Positions 23,023 through 37,000 of a stretch of DNA of 64,000 nucleotides are shown here, one piece after another. Origin of the DNA: Macrostomum lignano (taxonomy: Eukaryota); contig NIVC01001750.1 of assembly GCA_002269645.1 (NCBI GenBank), forward strand, positions 62,001 through 126,000, given 5' to 3'. The notes beneath the pieces were generated by a model. The model saw only the letters and a program-made list of their open reading frames with translations, made no database searches and had not been told where the DNA came from. Position 1 is the stretch's first letter, and each line of letters opens with the position of its first letter. The position numbers and the translations under genes were made by a program.

Positions 23023-26000
23023 TCAATTGAAATCCTTCAAGATGAGCTCGTCACCATCCTCCGGCCTGTAGCTGTGAAAGGCTCGGCCAGGCAGATTCAA
23101 CAGTTCAGGGCCCATAGCACCCACCATGCCCTGATCGATATAGTACAAGCCAACCCGACTCGGTTCCACGTTGAATTGAGCGCAAACTTTCTGCTTAACC
23201 TCGCGAATCAGCTGATTAGTGGCTAGCTGGCAGGTTCGACTCTGATTACCGTATCGCAGCACCAGACTGACAGACTGGGTTGGTCGCAAATCAACTTTAG
23301 CCAGTGCGTCTAATCTGCCGTGCTTGGCTAGCAGAGAGTCCAATTGATCAGGAGCTTCTGCTACCGCCAAATCGGTTGGTTCGTTTTTAATCTCCAAGTC
23401 GATCGTGTGAGCTCGGATTAACGACCGCTCAGCTGCTGAGCGCTCTTCATCTGTGACAGCCGTACCGTTGAGATGGGTCACATGAGCCAGACGGGCGATG
23501 GCCTCAGCGCGAAACTCTTTCTTGGGTCGGCCCTGATTGACGAGAGGAAGTGCATGTTTAAGTTTTTGTTTACTTTAGTTCGTTAGTTAGTTTGTTTTTA
23601 GGGTCTCTGGGCACTGCCGTACATGGGAGTCATTTGCATCGCCCCAGATTCGTTGCAGCTTGCAGGTAACACAGGTAAAATTAGGAAAGAATTGACTTTA
23701 AACAACTCCAAAACAACGAGAGAGTACAAGTCGTCCAAGAGCCGCCTTCCTTAGAATCACTGAAGCATTTTATTGTCTGCGACTTTGAAACTACTCTGGG
23801 GCCGTAGAGTCGTATTTGAGGCCTACTACAGTATACCAATATTGATGGGCTGCAGAGGGCAGAAATGAGCTATAACGCCGAGGAGTGTTAGCTCGTTTCT
23901 GCCCGATGCGGCCCATTCATATTAGTGGTATAGTTAGCGGGCGTGAAACCGCGTTTCACGGGCCGCTGAGACTGTCTAAGGTAAAATCTCGTTTACTCCA
24001 ATGCATTCAGTCGGTTTTACGGCCCGCTGAAAATTTCTATGGCAAAGTCAGAAGAAAGCGGGGTCAAGGGGGCGCTGAGCCCCCTTGCGGGGGTGTGGGG
24101 CTGAGCCCCCTTGCGGGGGTGTTGGGCGGAGCCCCCACATTAGCACACCAGCACACAAGACAAAGAAAGAAATAATGAAATCCAAAAATTGTCTATGGCC
24201 AAAACTCCTTATTTTGCGAATTGAAAAAATAGTAACTGATACTAAGGTCTAGACTTGGATTTGGTATGCAGAAACGCAAAGTTAGACCGGTCTTCTATAG
24301 CAGAACTAGGCTAGCTAGACCATAGACCATAGACTGAACTACCCAAGCCCGGACTAGCTAGTCTGGACTAGGCTTTCTGCATACGGCCCTAAGAATTATT
24401 AAGCAGCACTAAGCTTTACTTTTAAAATATACAAGTTGTAGAAACAATTAACTAGATACTTATATGCATACGTGTTTTTTTACTTATTGAAGTTGGCCAT
24501 AGATTATTGCAGCGGGCGGGATGCTGTGCGTTTCTCCCCGTTTCAACACGCCTAGGCTAACTACAGTCGAAGTTGTGGTTGAAGCGCATTTGCGTCGCTT
24601 GGTGAAATTAGAGCCACATCTCTAGCGAAAGTTAAGCGCCAATACGACCTACAAAGATTCTTGGACGACTCTTTTGCGACACTCTTTCACGAATCTGCAA
24701 CTCATGTGGATGCGATTGTGACGCAACAGTCGCCTCTACGTTGCATTAGACGCGTTTGAGTCATTAAAAAGTTACGCTCGATTCTTAAGATCGATTCTTG
24801 AGATTCTTACGCTCGTATTTGTGTGCACCCTGGCGCACTTTAAGCGGCATTGTCACAAAACCGGTGAGAGGCATTACTGAGCAGGCACATACTCTCACAT
24901 GAGTGTACTAGGCATTTACACTTCACTGTTCCTTAGGGGGTTGGTCCTCGAGATAGGACCCCAAGTCAAGATTCTAATTTAGTTCCAAATGAATGTGACT
25001 GCACTTGGAATCGAGCCTGAGCCGCTGGCACGTCAGAGCACCGCGCCAGACCACTGGGCTAATAATATCTAATATAAATAAATGTAATACATACCTTTCC
25101 AAATTTAATATCCAAGATTCGCAGATCAGTCAGGCTTGGACACAGATTCAGCTTCTCCAATTCCGACCAACTGTCAATCTCGCTCTCCGATAGGTTTAAA
25201 GATTTTAAATTGCATAGCAGGGGCAGTATTACTACAGAATCTTTATTCGTATTATTGCTGCCTTCCTCAGTTGCTAAGGAGACGGCGCTGCTAGGCAACT
25301 TGTCAGCCGAGTTGCCAATCAATGTGAGCTTCTCCAGCTTAGGAAACCACTGGCTTAGTTTAGTCCAATCCTCCGACAGCAGCCGATTGCCATTAAAGTA
25401 CAACTGCTGTACTGAGGCATAGCCGCCAATTTTAGGGCAGGGAAAATCTGGCGCTTCCATATCGTTGTTACTCAGGTAGAGTTCCGTCAGGTTGGGAGCG
25501 GAAGACAGGAGGCCGGCCAGCATTGGCCAGCTGAGCTGGGGCAGCTGGTTCAGCGCCAGAGTGGATAGATGAGGCATCGGCTGGGCCACCAGGCATTGGG
25601 AATGACACTCAGAATCCTGCAGTTGCGAGAGCAAATATGCAATTTTTGTGTTCGTGTAAAATGTGCAAGTTTAGCGAATGCAATGGCTCATATCTTCTGT
25701 ATCTTGACCTATTAGATCTCTTATCTATCCCTTAACTCTCCTATCTACTCCTTGACTCTTCTATCTACTCCTTGACTCTTCTATCTACTCATTGACTCTT
25801 CTATCTACTCCTTAACTCGTCTATCTACTCATTGACTCTTCTATCTACTCCTTAACTCGTCTATCTACTCATTGACTCTTCTATCTACTCCTTAACTCGT
25901 CTATCTACTCCTTAACTCGCCTATCTACTCCTTAACTCGTCTATCTACTCATTGACTCTTCTATCTACTCCTTAACTCTCCTATCTACTCCTTAACTCGC

Positions 26001-27468
26001 CTATCTACTCCTTGACTTTTCTATCTACTCCTTACCTTTCCTATCTACTCCTTAACTATTCTGTCTACTCCTTAACTCTTCTATCTACTCCTTGACTCTC
26101 CTATCTACTCCTAAACTCTCGCATTCACCCCTTAACTGCTTTTCTTGGCTACCCTTTCCATCTCTTTTATCCATATAATTTACTTGTCAAATTAAAAAAC
26201 CCACCTTCAGTGGTTTCTCTGGTGCATCAGTCTTCTCTTCATGTGTGACTGAATCAGACTTTGGTCCAAGCATAGGATTAATGCTCAAATTGAGCAGTCT
26301 CAGTTGTGGCAATCGATTTAACAGTTGTAACATGTCAGACCAACTGGCCAAAGAATTGTTAGCTAAGTCGAGTTCCACAATGTGGCCACACATTTTGGCC
26401 AGTTTTTCAATGTCTCCTAGGTAAGTTACATTGCTATTGTCCATCACCAGTACATGTGGGAGCTGTAGTTCTCCAGAGGCTAAAAAAATAGAAATTTACT
26501 ACAAAGTCAAGATGCATAAAAACATTTACTAATAATTTTGCCAATAAAAAGCAAAAATTAACAATAACTTAATCAAATTTTTAGGCAAAAATAAAACAGT
26601 CAAATTTTAACAAAGTATATAAACATTAAAATAATAGAATAATTACCAGTAAAAAACTGCTTCCGCCAAGCTAGTTAATAAAAAAATATTGTTGGCATTT
26701 AATTAAACCATTAAAATTATATATCAAAAGCATAGAGTTCTTAATCAAAAACATTTGATTTCTTTTATAATTAAAATTATTGATTTTTATTTTTACCTGA
26801 AGGAGAACCATATAAGGTAACATGCTGCATGTCACAACTAGATGGGTCAGTAAGCATATCAAACTTGTGCTGTATTGCCTCAACTAGAGTTGTCATTTCT
26901 GAAACAAAAAAGATTATAAATCAAATGAATTAAATATATAATAATATTCCTTGCCTATTCAAAGTTTAATACTACTTAAAAACAGATATGAATAAAGCAA
27001 TCATTACAGAGTAAAAACAAGTACAGAATAATTTAATGACCAAAAGGTAGCCTAACTGTTTAAAAGATTTGGTATGAATAAAAATAGTGTTCTGAATTAC
27101 TCATTAAAAATATTATTATTTTATTATTCAGCTTAGCCTATGGCCAGAATGAATTACTGAACACAAAGTTTTTACACTAAAAAACGAAAATTTCATGCGT
27201 ATTCAGCACGCAAGACAGAAATGTAAAGACAAAGTCACAAAGAGCAAAGAATCGTACCGTAACGGAAAGTATATTCGACAGTATAAAAAATTGCAGAAAT
27301 GGTTAGTTTAAGCAACCATTGAACTTACTCAAAGATTTGTTTGCGTGTCTTGTGTCCAAATCAAAGATGCCGAACAAATGTTGGTACAATAATCGATTTC
27401 TCGTTCTCACACACAACGGAGACCAAAACAAACCGTTTCCTTGCCTGACCTGGCACTGATAAACCCAT
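23023..27468 (-). CDS. TBCEL: Tubulin-specific chaperone cofactor E-like (LRR + C-terminal ubiquitin-like domain); exons 27450-27468 (5' end uncertain, possibly up to ~27518-27543), 26205-26479, 25095-25616, 23023-23532
   Basis: GT-AG phases consistent. Matches TBCEL motifs: GMGLSVP, LPHVLVM, HIVELDLANN, LRLLNLSINP, IARLAHVTHLNGTAVTDEERSAAER, KVDLRP, GPELLNLPGRAFHSY..EDGD. Confidence 0.9.
25731..26120 (+). repeat. 20-bp minisatellite (ctatctactccttaactctt)n in a TBCEL intron
   Basis: Direct reading. Confidence 0.93.
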
Positions 27469-27770
27469 TCCATTAGCTATAAAACTCAACCCCAATCCCA
27501 AGTCAAATTTGTCTTCGACTGTACACAGAAGGTGTTTAAACAAAAATTGTTACATTTAAGACACTAATAAAAAATGCACTGCAAAAAAATACAAACAACT
27601 TAAACATAGAGAACGTCCAAGTTTTAACACCTGTCGTAATTGTGATAATTTTCAATCAAAGGTTGTTGATAAAGACCATTTTTAACTTGGTAATAATGGG
27701 TGGATTTTTAGGCAATTTACTTATTTTTTTTATTTCCAGCTACAAGCAATTCATCGATCCGTTTTTTTCG

Positions 27771-30700
27771 ATGGCAAATCGACAGGAAGGTCGGGAAGTT
27801 GCTGGTTGCAATCAAATTGCTCATGATCAAATTTGGTGAGTACATATATGCACCGCAGTATGTCGGCACATACGCAAATATGGCAAAAAGGGATCCTGGA
27901 CCTGAAGAACTCATTTTGGGAATTTAGATGCAGAAGGACAATTATTATTTCTTTTTAATTATGGCGCGTGGAACTGAAGACAACAGCTTGAAGAGGGGCT
28001 GATTTGTATTTAGGTGAAAATTTGGCTATTAAGCCTCCCGTTATATTTCGTGTCGATCAACCGGTACGTGTCGGACAACTGACAACAATATAGCTACTTC
28101 CTGTCTGGTGGCGAACCTGAATCCCTCCTAGCCAGTGGCGTAGCCCGGGGGGGGGCGGGGGGCCGCGGCCCACTCCCCCTAATCGCCTGGGAGGGTGGGG
28201 TTGGGCGCGGCGGGTACCAAAAACCATGAGGCAAATGATCGAGTGCCTGCGGCGCCAAAACGAGTGCCTGCGGCACCAAAAGTGGCAATGGCATGAGGCA
28301 TGGCCAGCTAGGCCACCCCTCCCCCCTCAATTGAAATTCCTGGCTACGCCACTGCTCCTAGAAAGAACATTTAGACATATCCTACCGGTGGCGGTAACAG
28401 ATTGAAATACGAGACGATACTTAAACAGGTGGCTTTAAAAGACCACTGCATATATAATGCATGCACTTCATTGGATTGCATAATGAATAGGAAATATGCA
28501 ATGCAAAACATATTAAAATCGTCGTCATCGAGTCAGCAAAGGCTTGACTAGTAAAAAAATATTATTGAACGTTCTGTCCGCCTGCGTTTTTTAGAAATTA
28601 ATTTGATTTAGTGAAAAATTACATCGTATATTTGTATACCTATTCTTTATTGATATATAGACTTCTGGTATAGCTTTATATCCATACATTTAAAATCTTA
28701 AATGTATAATGTATATGTATAGAAATGTATAATATATATGTAATATGTAAATGTAAATGAATTAAATGTATAGAAAATACTAAATCGTGTTTTGAGCTTC
28801 TTCTATGTAATGTCTATAAAACAGGTGAAGGTTGAAAAGTATAATACTCAGTCCATCTTTAAATACTTCGTTAGGTTTATGCAAAAAAACATAATTGATG
28901 CAACAGTACGAGCTTGAAATTCCTTCAGAATTATTTTTCTGGAGCGGATATCAAACTATAACGAGCTGAACTTATTGCGTAATTTGCAGGAAGGATCATT
29001 GTACTAAAGAGGCCAGTTCGGCGAAACACTGGCACAAAGACTGGGGCTTTATGGCTCAATCGTACGAGGAGGTAATCCGATGACCACTTCCTTGATTTGA
29101 CCAGTTTGGGGGTTGCTGCTATCTGAGGGATGCTTGCTATTTGGGTGGATGCTTGCTATCTGGGGGATGCTTGCTATCTGGGTGGATGCTAGCTATTTAG
29201 GGGATGCTTGCTATCTGGGTGGATGCTTGCTATCTGGGGGATGCTTGCTATCTGGGTGGATGCTTGCTATTTAGGGGATGCTTGCTATCTGGGTGGATGC
29301 TTGCTATCTGGGGGATGCTTGCTATCTGGGTGGATGCTTGCTATTTAGGGGATGCTTGCTATCTGGGTGGATGCTTGCTATCTGGGGGATGCTTGCTATC
29401 TGGGTGGATGCTTGCTATCTGGGTGGATGCTTGCTATCTGGGTGGATGCTTGCTATTTAGGGGATGCTTGCTATCTGGGTGGATGCTTTCTATCTGGGGG
29501 ATGCTTGCTATCTGGGTGGATGCTTGCTATCTGGGTGGATGCTTGCTATCTGGGTGGATGCTTGCTATCTGGGGGATGCTTGCTATCTGGGGGGGGGATG
29601 CTTGCTATCTGGGGGATGCTTGCTATCTAGGTGGATGCTTGCTATCTGGGTGGATGCTTGCTATTTAGGGGATGCTTGCTATCTGGGTGGATGCTTGCTA
29701 TCTGGGGGATGCTTGCTATCTGGGTGGATGCTTGCTATCTGGGTGGATGCTTGCTATCTGGGTGGATGCTTGCTATTTGGGGGATGCTTGCTATCTGGGT
29801 GGATGCTTTCTATCTGAGGGATGCTTGCTATCTGGGTGGATGCTTGCTATTTAGGGGATGCTTGCTATATGGGGGATGCTTGCTATCTGGGTGGATGCTT
29901 GCTATCTGGGGGATGCTTGCTATCTGGGGGATGCTTGCTATCTGGGCGATGCTTGCTATCTGGGTGGATGCTTGCTATCTGGGTGGATGCTTGCTATTTA
30001 GGGGATGCTTGCTATATGGGGGATGCTTGCTATCTGGGTGGATGCTTGCTATCTGGGGGATGCTTGCTATCTGGGGGATGCTTGCTATCTGAGGGATGCT
30101 TGCTATCTGGGTGGATGCTTGCTATCTGGGGGATGCTTGCTATCTGGGGGATGCTTGCTATTTAGGGGATGCTTGCTATCTGGGTGGATGCTTGCTATCT
30201 GGGGGATGCTTGCTATTTAGGGGATGCTTGCTATCTGGGTGGATGCTTGCTATCTGGGTGGATGCTTGCTATCTGGGGGATGCTTGCTATCTGGGGGGGA
30301 TGCTTGCTATCTGGGCGATGCTTGCTATCTGGGTGGATGCTTGCTATCTGGGTGGATGCTTGCTATTTAGGGGATGCTTGCTATATGGGGGATGCTTGCT
30401 ATCTGGGTGGATGCTTGCTATCTGGGGGATGCTTGCTATCTGGGGGATGCTTGCTATCTGAGGGATGCTTGCTATCTGGGTGGATGCTTGCTATCTGGGG
30501 ATGCTTGCTATCTGGGGGATGCTTGCTATTTAGGGGATGCTTGCTATCTGGGTGGATGCTTGCTATCTGGGGGATGCTTGCTATTTAGGGGATGCTTGCT
30601 ATCTGGGTGGATGCTTGCTATCTGGGTGGATGCTTGCTATCTGGGGGATGCTTGCTATCTGGGGGATGCTTGTTATCTGGGTGGATGCTTGCTATCTGGG

Positions 30701-33101
30701 GGATGCTTGCTATCTGGGAGATGCTTGCTATTTAGGGGATGCTTGCTATCTGGGTGGATGCTTGCTATTTAGGGGATGCTTGCTATCTGGGTGGATGCTT
30801 GCTATCTGGGGATGCTTGCTATCTGGGTGGATGCTTGCTATTTAGGGGATGCTTGCTATCTGGGAGATGCTTGCTATCTGGGGGATGCTTGCTATCTGGG
30901 TGGATGCTTGCTATCTGGGTGGATGCTTGCTATCTGGGTGGATGCTTGCTATTTAGGGGATGCTTGCTATCTGGGTGGATGCTTTCTATCTGGGGGATGC
31001 TTGCTATCTGGGTGGATGCTTGCTATCTGGGTGGATGCTTGCTATCTGGGGGATGCTTGCTATCTGGGGGATGCTTGCTATCTGGGGGGGGATGCTTGCT
31101 ATCTGGGGGATGCTTGCTATTTAGAAGATGCTTGCTATCTGGGTGGATGCTTGCTATCTGGGGGATGCTTGCTATCTGGGTGGATGCTTTCTATCTGGGG
31201 GATGCTTGCTATCTGGGTGGATGCTTGCTATCTGGGTGGATGCTTGCTATCTGGGTGGATGCTTGCCATCTGGGGGATGCTTGCTATCTGGGGGATGCTT
31301 GCTATCTGGGGGGGGGATGCTTGCTATCTGGGTGGATGCTTGCTATCTGGGTGGATGCTTGCTATCTGGGGGATGCTTGCTATCTGGGGGGGATGCTTGC
31401 TATCTGGGTGATGCTTGCTATCTGGGCGATGCTTGCTATCTGGGTGGATGCTTGCTATCTGGGTGGATGCTTGCTATTTAGGGGATGCTTGCTATATGGG
31501 GGATGCTTGCTATCTGGGTGGATGCTTGCTATCTGGGTGGATGCTTGCTATCTGGGGGATGCTTGCTATCTGAGGGATGCTTGCTATCTGGGTGGATGCT
31601 TGCTATCTGGGGGATGCTTGCTATCTGGGGGATGCTTGCTATTTAGGGGATGCTTGCTATCTGGGTGGATGCTTGCTATCTGGGGGATGTTTGCTATTTA
31701 GGGGATGCTTGCTATCTGGGTGGATGCTTGCTATCTGGGTGGATGCTTGCTATCTGGGGGATGCTTGCTATCTGGGGGATGCTTGTTATCTGGGTGGATG
31801 CTTGCTATCTGGGGGATGCTTGCTATCTGGGAGATGCTTGCTATTTAGGGGATGCTTGCTATCAGGGTGGATGCTTGCTATCTGAGGGATGCTTGCTATT
31901 TAGGGGATGCTTGCTATCTGGGTGGATGCTTGCTATCTGGGTGGATGCTTGCTATCTGGGGGATGCTTGCTATCTGGGGGATGCTTGTTATCTGGGTGGA
32001 TGCTTGCTATCTGGGGGATGCTTGCTATCTGGGAGATGCTTGCTATTTAGGGGATGCTTGCTATCTGGGTGGATGCTTGCTATCTGGGGGATGCTTGCTA
32101 TTTAGGGGATGCTTGCTATCTGGGTGGATGCTTGCTATCTGGGTGGATGCTTGCTATCTGGGGGATGCTTGCTATCTGGGGGATGCTTGTTATCTGGGTG
32201 GATGCTTGCTATCTGGGTGGATGCTTGCTATCTGGGGGATGCTTGTCATCTCAGGGATGCTTGTTATATGGGAGATGCTTGCTATCTGAGGGATGCTTGC
32301 TATCTGGGTGGATGCTTGCTATCTGGGTGGATGCTTGCTATCTGGGGGATGCTTGCTATCTGGGGGATGCTTGTCATCTCAGGGATGCTTGTTATATGGG
32401 AGATGCTTGCTATCTGAGGGATGCTTGCTATCCGAGGGATGCTTGCTATCTGAGGGATGCTTGCTGTTTTGGAGATGTCTTCTAAATAGGGGAATGTCTG
32501 TTATCTTTGTAAAGGCTTTATTTCGTTGTATTTTTGTTACTTTTAGAAAAAGATATTCATAGAAGACATCCTTGTGTGATGCAATTTTACTTGAATAAGG
32601 GGCTCTTGTGTATACTCATTAGGAGTCAGCCGAATGAGTAGAATTGACGTCATCGCTGGTCGTGGGATAATGCGCCAGAGAGAAGTAAATTAGGAATAAG
32701 ACGAGCCATTTGATCTGCCAATCGCTATTTTGTGCTTAAAATGTTTAGATTTGTCTACGTAGTGTATTTTTCCAATAAATCTAGCTTTTCCTAAGAAATG
32801 AAGCTTCCCTCGACTCAAACCTGCTCCATCGCAGGTGATCAAAGACGAACTGCCGACTCTGCGCGATTCCAGCCGGCCCAAAGCGGAACTGCCGGCCCAC
32901 ATGCAGGTGCCGCCGGTCACTCCGCTCAGAAACTATTTGCGAGTTGACCCGTCGCCGAAGCCGCCGCCAAGAACCACCAGCCAAGAGATTGGTTGGCGCT
33001 CCGGACAGCGCTCGCTAGCGTTGGACAAGTATGGCCGAGACGGCCGTCCGAGAGGCTCGCTGATTGGCCAGCTGAAGTGGCCGGCAGAGGCTATTAATTA
33101 A
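27771..33101 (+). CDS. CIMIP1: Ciliary microtubule inner protein 1 / C20orf85 homolog; exons 27771-27835, 28990-29071, 32835-33101 (137 aa)
   Basis: Spliced product MANRQEGREVAGCNQIAHDQIW-KDHCTKEASSAKHWHKDWGFMAQSYEE-VIKDELP...PVTPLRNYLRVDPSP.PPRTTSQEIGWRS...LKWP shows C20orf85 family motifs. Canonical GT-AG, total 414 nt. Confidence 0.9.
28133..28354. mobile_element. hAT-type MITE (222 bp), perfect 13-bp TIR CAGTGGCGTAGCC, 8-bp TSD CTCCTAGC/CTCCTAGA, in CIMIP1 intron 1
   Basis: TIRs at 28133-28145 and 28342-28354; TSD 7/8 match; carries two copies of the 21-bp satellite unit (28241-28281). Confidence 0.85.
29113..32466 (+). repeat. 18-19-bp minisatellite (gatgcttgctatctgggtg/gggg)n filling CIMIP1 intron 2 (~3.35 kb)
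   Basis: Direct reading. Confidence 0.96.
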
Positions 33102-34003
33102 CTCGCATGTGGGTAATTGAGATTGTAAAACTCTTCTAACTAATGAACAGGTGCTGACAATTGCTGTCGGATTTGAGTACAACGTGAAATAACAAGGACT
33201 GCTGGTCGTTAGAGAGGGTACGCCGCTTGTACGCTCATCATGCTTGCGATGTTTCGTACGTAGAAACTTCGAATACATGTATAATGCGCCGTAATTACTA
33301 TATTTTTGATGAAGATATTTTAAAACAATCGCAGGTAACACCATAGCCGGTAGAGTCACTGCATGTCCCGCAAAAATCATGTTGTGTTGAAACTGTCCGT
33401 CCTTGAAAATTTCTGATGGCAAAGTCCATCCCTTCAGAGCTTGTCGAGCAAAACGTTTTCTCGCGTTTTGAGTTCATACTCGAAAATTTCCCAGAGCTGA
33501 GTTACGTGTGGCTGGCTTCCAAAAAAGTTTAAAGTTTCTTCCATATAAAATTTTTCTATTTGTGCAGTACTATTAAATGTATCAGAAAAACTGTTATTTA
33601 TGATATATTTAATTCCCAAACCGTTCCGGAAATTTTAATTCCGCTGATTGAAGTTGATTAAAATATATACTGGTATTTATATTTCAAATTTAAACAACGC
33701 ACACACTCGCCTTGTTTGCTTACAATTTGTTTAAATGCACTTAAAGACAGATACGCTATTTTCGTCCCTATTCTGTGTAAATCTTGTGTCGGACTAAAAC
33801 TAAAATAACCATCATTGATTTTGATGATACTAAATCTTCATACTTCGAAGTAATTCAAATCACACGCAAGCCACTTGATTCCCTAGATCGCATGAAATTA
33901 ATTCGTCAATGTACTCTTATATTACTCGTAAGTTGTATTGCATTGTACTCGTAATACATTTTAAATGCAAATTTAGGGCACTGTCCTTCCAACGCATGCA
34001 CTG

Positions 34004-37000
34004 ATGGGAATGTTCTTCCAACACACTGGTGGGAATGTTCTTCCAACACACTAGTGGGAATGTTCTTCCAACACACTGGTGGGAATGTTCTTCCAACACA
34101 CTAGTGGGAATGTTCTTCCAACACACTGGTGGGAATGTTCTTCCAACACACTAGTGGGAATGTTCTTCCAACACACTGATGGGGATGTTCTTCCAACACA
34201 CTGGTGGGAATGTTCTTCCAACACACTGGTGGAAATGTTCTTCCAACACACTGATGGTAATGTTCTTCCAACACACTGATGGTAATGTTCTTCCAACACA
34301 CTGATGGGGATGTTCTTCCAACACACTGATGGTAATGTTCTTCCAACACACTGATGGGGATGTTCTTCCAACACACTGATGGGATGTTCTTCCAACACAC
34401 TGGTGGGAATGTTCTTCCAACACACTGATGGTAATGTTCTTCCAACACACTGATGGGGATGTTCTTCCAACACACTGATGGTAATGTTCTTCCAACACAC
34501 TGGTGGAAATGTTCTTCCAACACACTGATGGTAATGTTCTTCCAACACACTGATGGGATGTTCTTCCAACACACTGGTGGGAATGTTCTTCCAACACACT
34601 GATGGGATGTTCTTCCAACACACTGGTGGGAATGTTCTTCCAACACACTGATGGTAATGTTCTTCCAACACACTGATGGTAATGTTCTTCCAACACACTG
34701 ATGGTAATGTTCTTCCAACACACTGATGGGGATGTTCTTCCAACACACTGATGGTAATGTTCTTCCAACACACTGGTGGAAATGTTCTTCCAACACACTG
34801 ATGGTAATGTTCTTCCAACACACTGATGGGATGTTCTTCCAACACACTGGTGGGAATGTTCTTCCAACACACTAGTGGGAATGTTCTTCCAACACACTGG
34901 TGGGAATGTTCTTCCAACACACTAGTGGGAATGTTCTTCCAACACACTAGTGGGAATGTTCTTCCAACACACTGATTGGGATGTTCTTCCAACACACTGG
35001 TGGGAATGTTCTTCCAACACACTGGTGGAAATGTTCTTCCAACACACTGATGGTAATGTTCTTCCAACACACTGATGGTAATGTTCTTCCAACACACTGA
35101 TGGGGATGTTCTTCCAACACACTGATGGTAATGTTCTTCCAACACACTGATGGGGATGTTCTTCCAACACACTGATGGGATGTTCTTCCAACACACTGGT
35201 GGGAATGTTCTTCCAACACACTGGTGGGAATGTTCTTCCAACACACTGGTGGAAATGTTCTTCCAACACACTGATGGTAATGTTCTTCCAACACACTGAT
35301 GGTAATGTTCTTCCAACACACTGATGGGGATGTTCTTCCAACACACTGATGGTAATGTTCTTCCAACACACTGATGGGATGTTCTTCCAACACACTGGTG
35401 GGAATGTTCTTCCAACACACTGATGGTAATGTTCTTCCAACACACTGATGGTAATGTTCTTCCAACACACTGATGGTAATGTTCTTCCAACACACTGATG
35501 GGGATGTTCTTCCAACACACTGATGGTAATGTTCTTCCAACACACTGGTGGAAATGTTCTTCCAACACACTGATGGTAATGTTCTTCCAACACACTGATG
35601 GGATGTTCTTCCAACACACTGGTGGGAATGTTCTTCCAACACACTGATGGGATGTTCTTCCAACACACTGGTGGGAATGTTCTTCCAACACACTGATGGT
35701 AATGTTCTTCCAACACACTGATGGTAATGTTCTTCCAACACATTGATGGAATGTTCTTCCAACACACTGGTGGGAATGTTCTTCCAACACATTGATGGAA
35801 TGTTCTTCCAACACACTGGTGGGAATGTTCTTCCAACACACTGATGGTAATGTTCTTCCAACACACTGATGGTAATGTTCTTCCAACACACTGATGGTAA
35901 TGTTCTTCCAACACACTGATGGGGATGTTCTTCCAACACACTGATGGTACGAGCTAATGTTCTTCCAACACAATGATAGGGATGTTCTTCCAACACACTG
36001 ACGGGATGTTCTTCCAACACACTGATGGTAATGTTCTTCCAACACATTGATGGAATGTTCTTCCAACACACTGGTGGGAATGTTCTTCCAACACACTGGT
36101 GGGAATGTTCTTCCAACACACTGGTGGGAATGTTCTTCCAACACACTGGTGGGATGTTCTTCCAACACACTGGTGGGAATGTTCTTCCAACACACTGGTG
36201 GGAATGTTCTTCCAACACATTGATGGAATGTTCTTCCAACACACTGGTGGGAATGTTCTTCCAACACACTGGTGGGAATGTTCTTCCAACACACTGATGG
36301 GGATGTTCTTCCAACACACTGATGGTACGAGCTAATGTTCTTCCAACACAATGATAGGGATGTTCTTCCAACACACTGACGGGATGTTCTTCCAACACAC
36401 TGATGGTAATGTTCTTCCAACACATTGATGGAATGTTCTTCCAACACACTGGTGGGAATGTTCTTCCAACACACTGGTGGGAATGTTCTTCCAACACACT
36501 GGTGGGAATGTTCTTCCAACACACTGGTGGGAATGTTCTTCCAACACACTGGTGGGGATGTTCTTCCAACACACTGGTGGGGATGTTCTTCCAACACACT
36601 GGTGGGAATGTTCTTCCAACACACTGGTGGGATGTTCTTCCAACACACTGATGGTAATGTTCTTCCAACACACTGGTGGGAATGTTCTTCCAACACACTG
36701 GTGGGGATGTTCTTCCAACACACTGGTGGGGATGTTCTTCCAACACACTGGTGGGAATGTTCTTCCAACACACTGGTGGGAATGTTCTTCCAACACACTG
36801 GTGGGGATGTTCTTCCAACACACTGGTGGGGATGTTCTTCCAACACACTGGTGGGGATGTTCTTCCAACACACTGGTGGGAATGTTCTTCCAACACACTG
36901 GTGGGATGTTCTTCCAACACACTGATGGTAATGTTCTTCCAACACACTGGTGGGAATGTTCTTCCAACACACTGGTGGGAATGTTCTTCCAACACACTGA

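Noticed and set aside
29204-32562. Many Cys/Gly/Leu-rich ORFs (DACYLGGCLLSG)
   Set aside because: Artefacts of the 18-19-bp array inside CIMIP1 intron 2.
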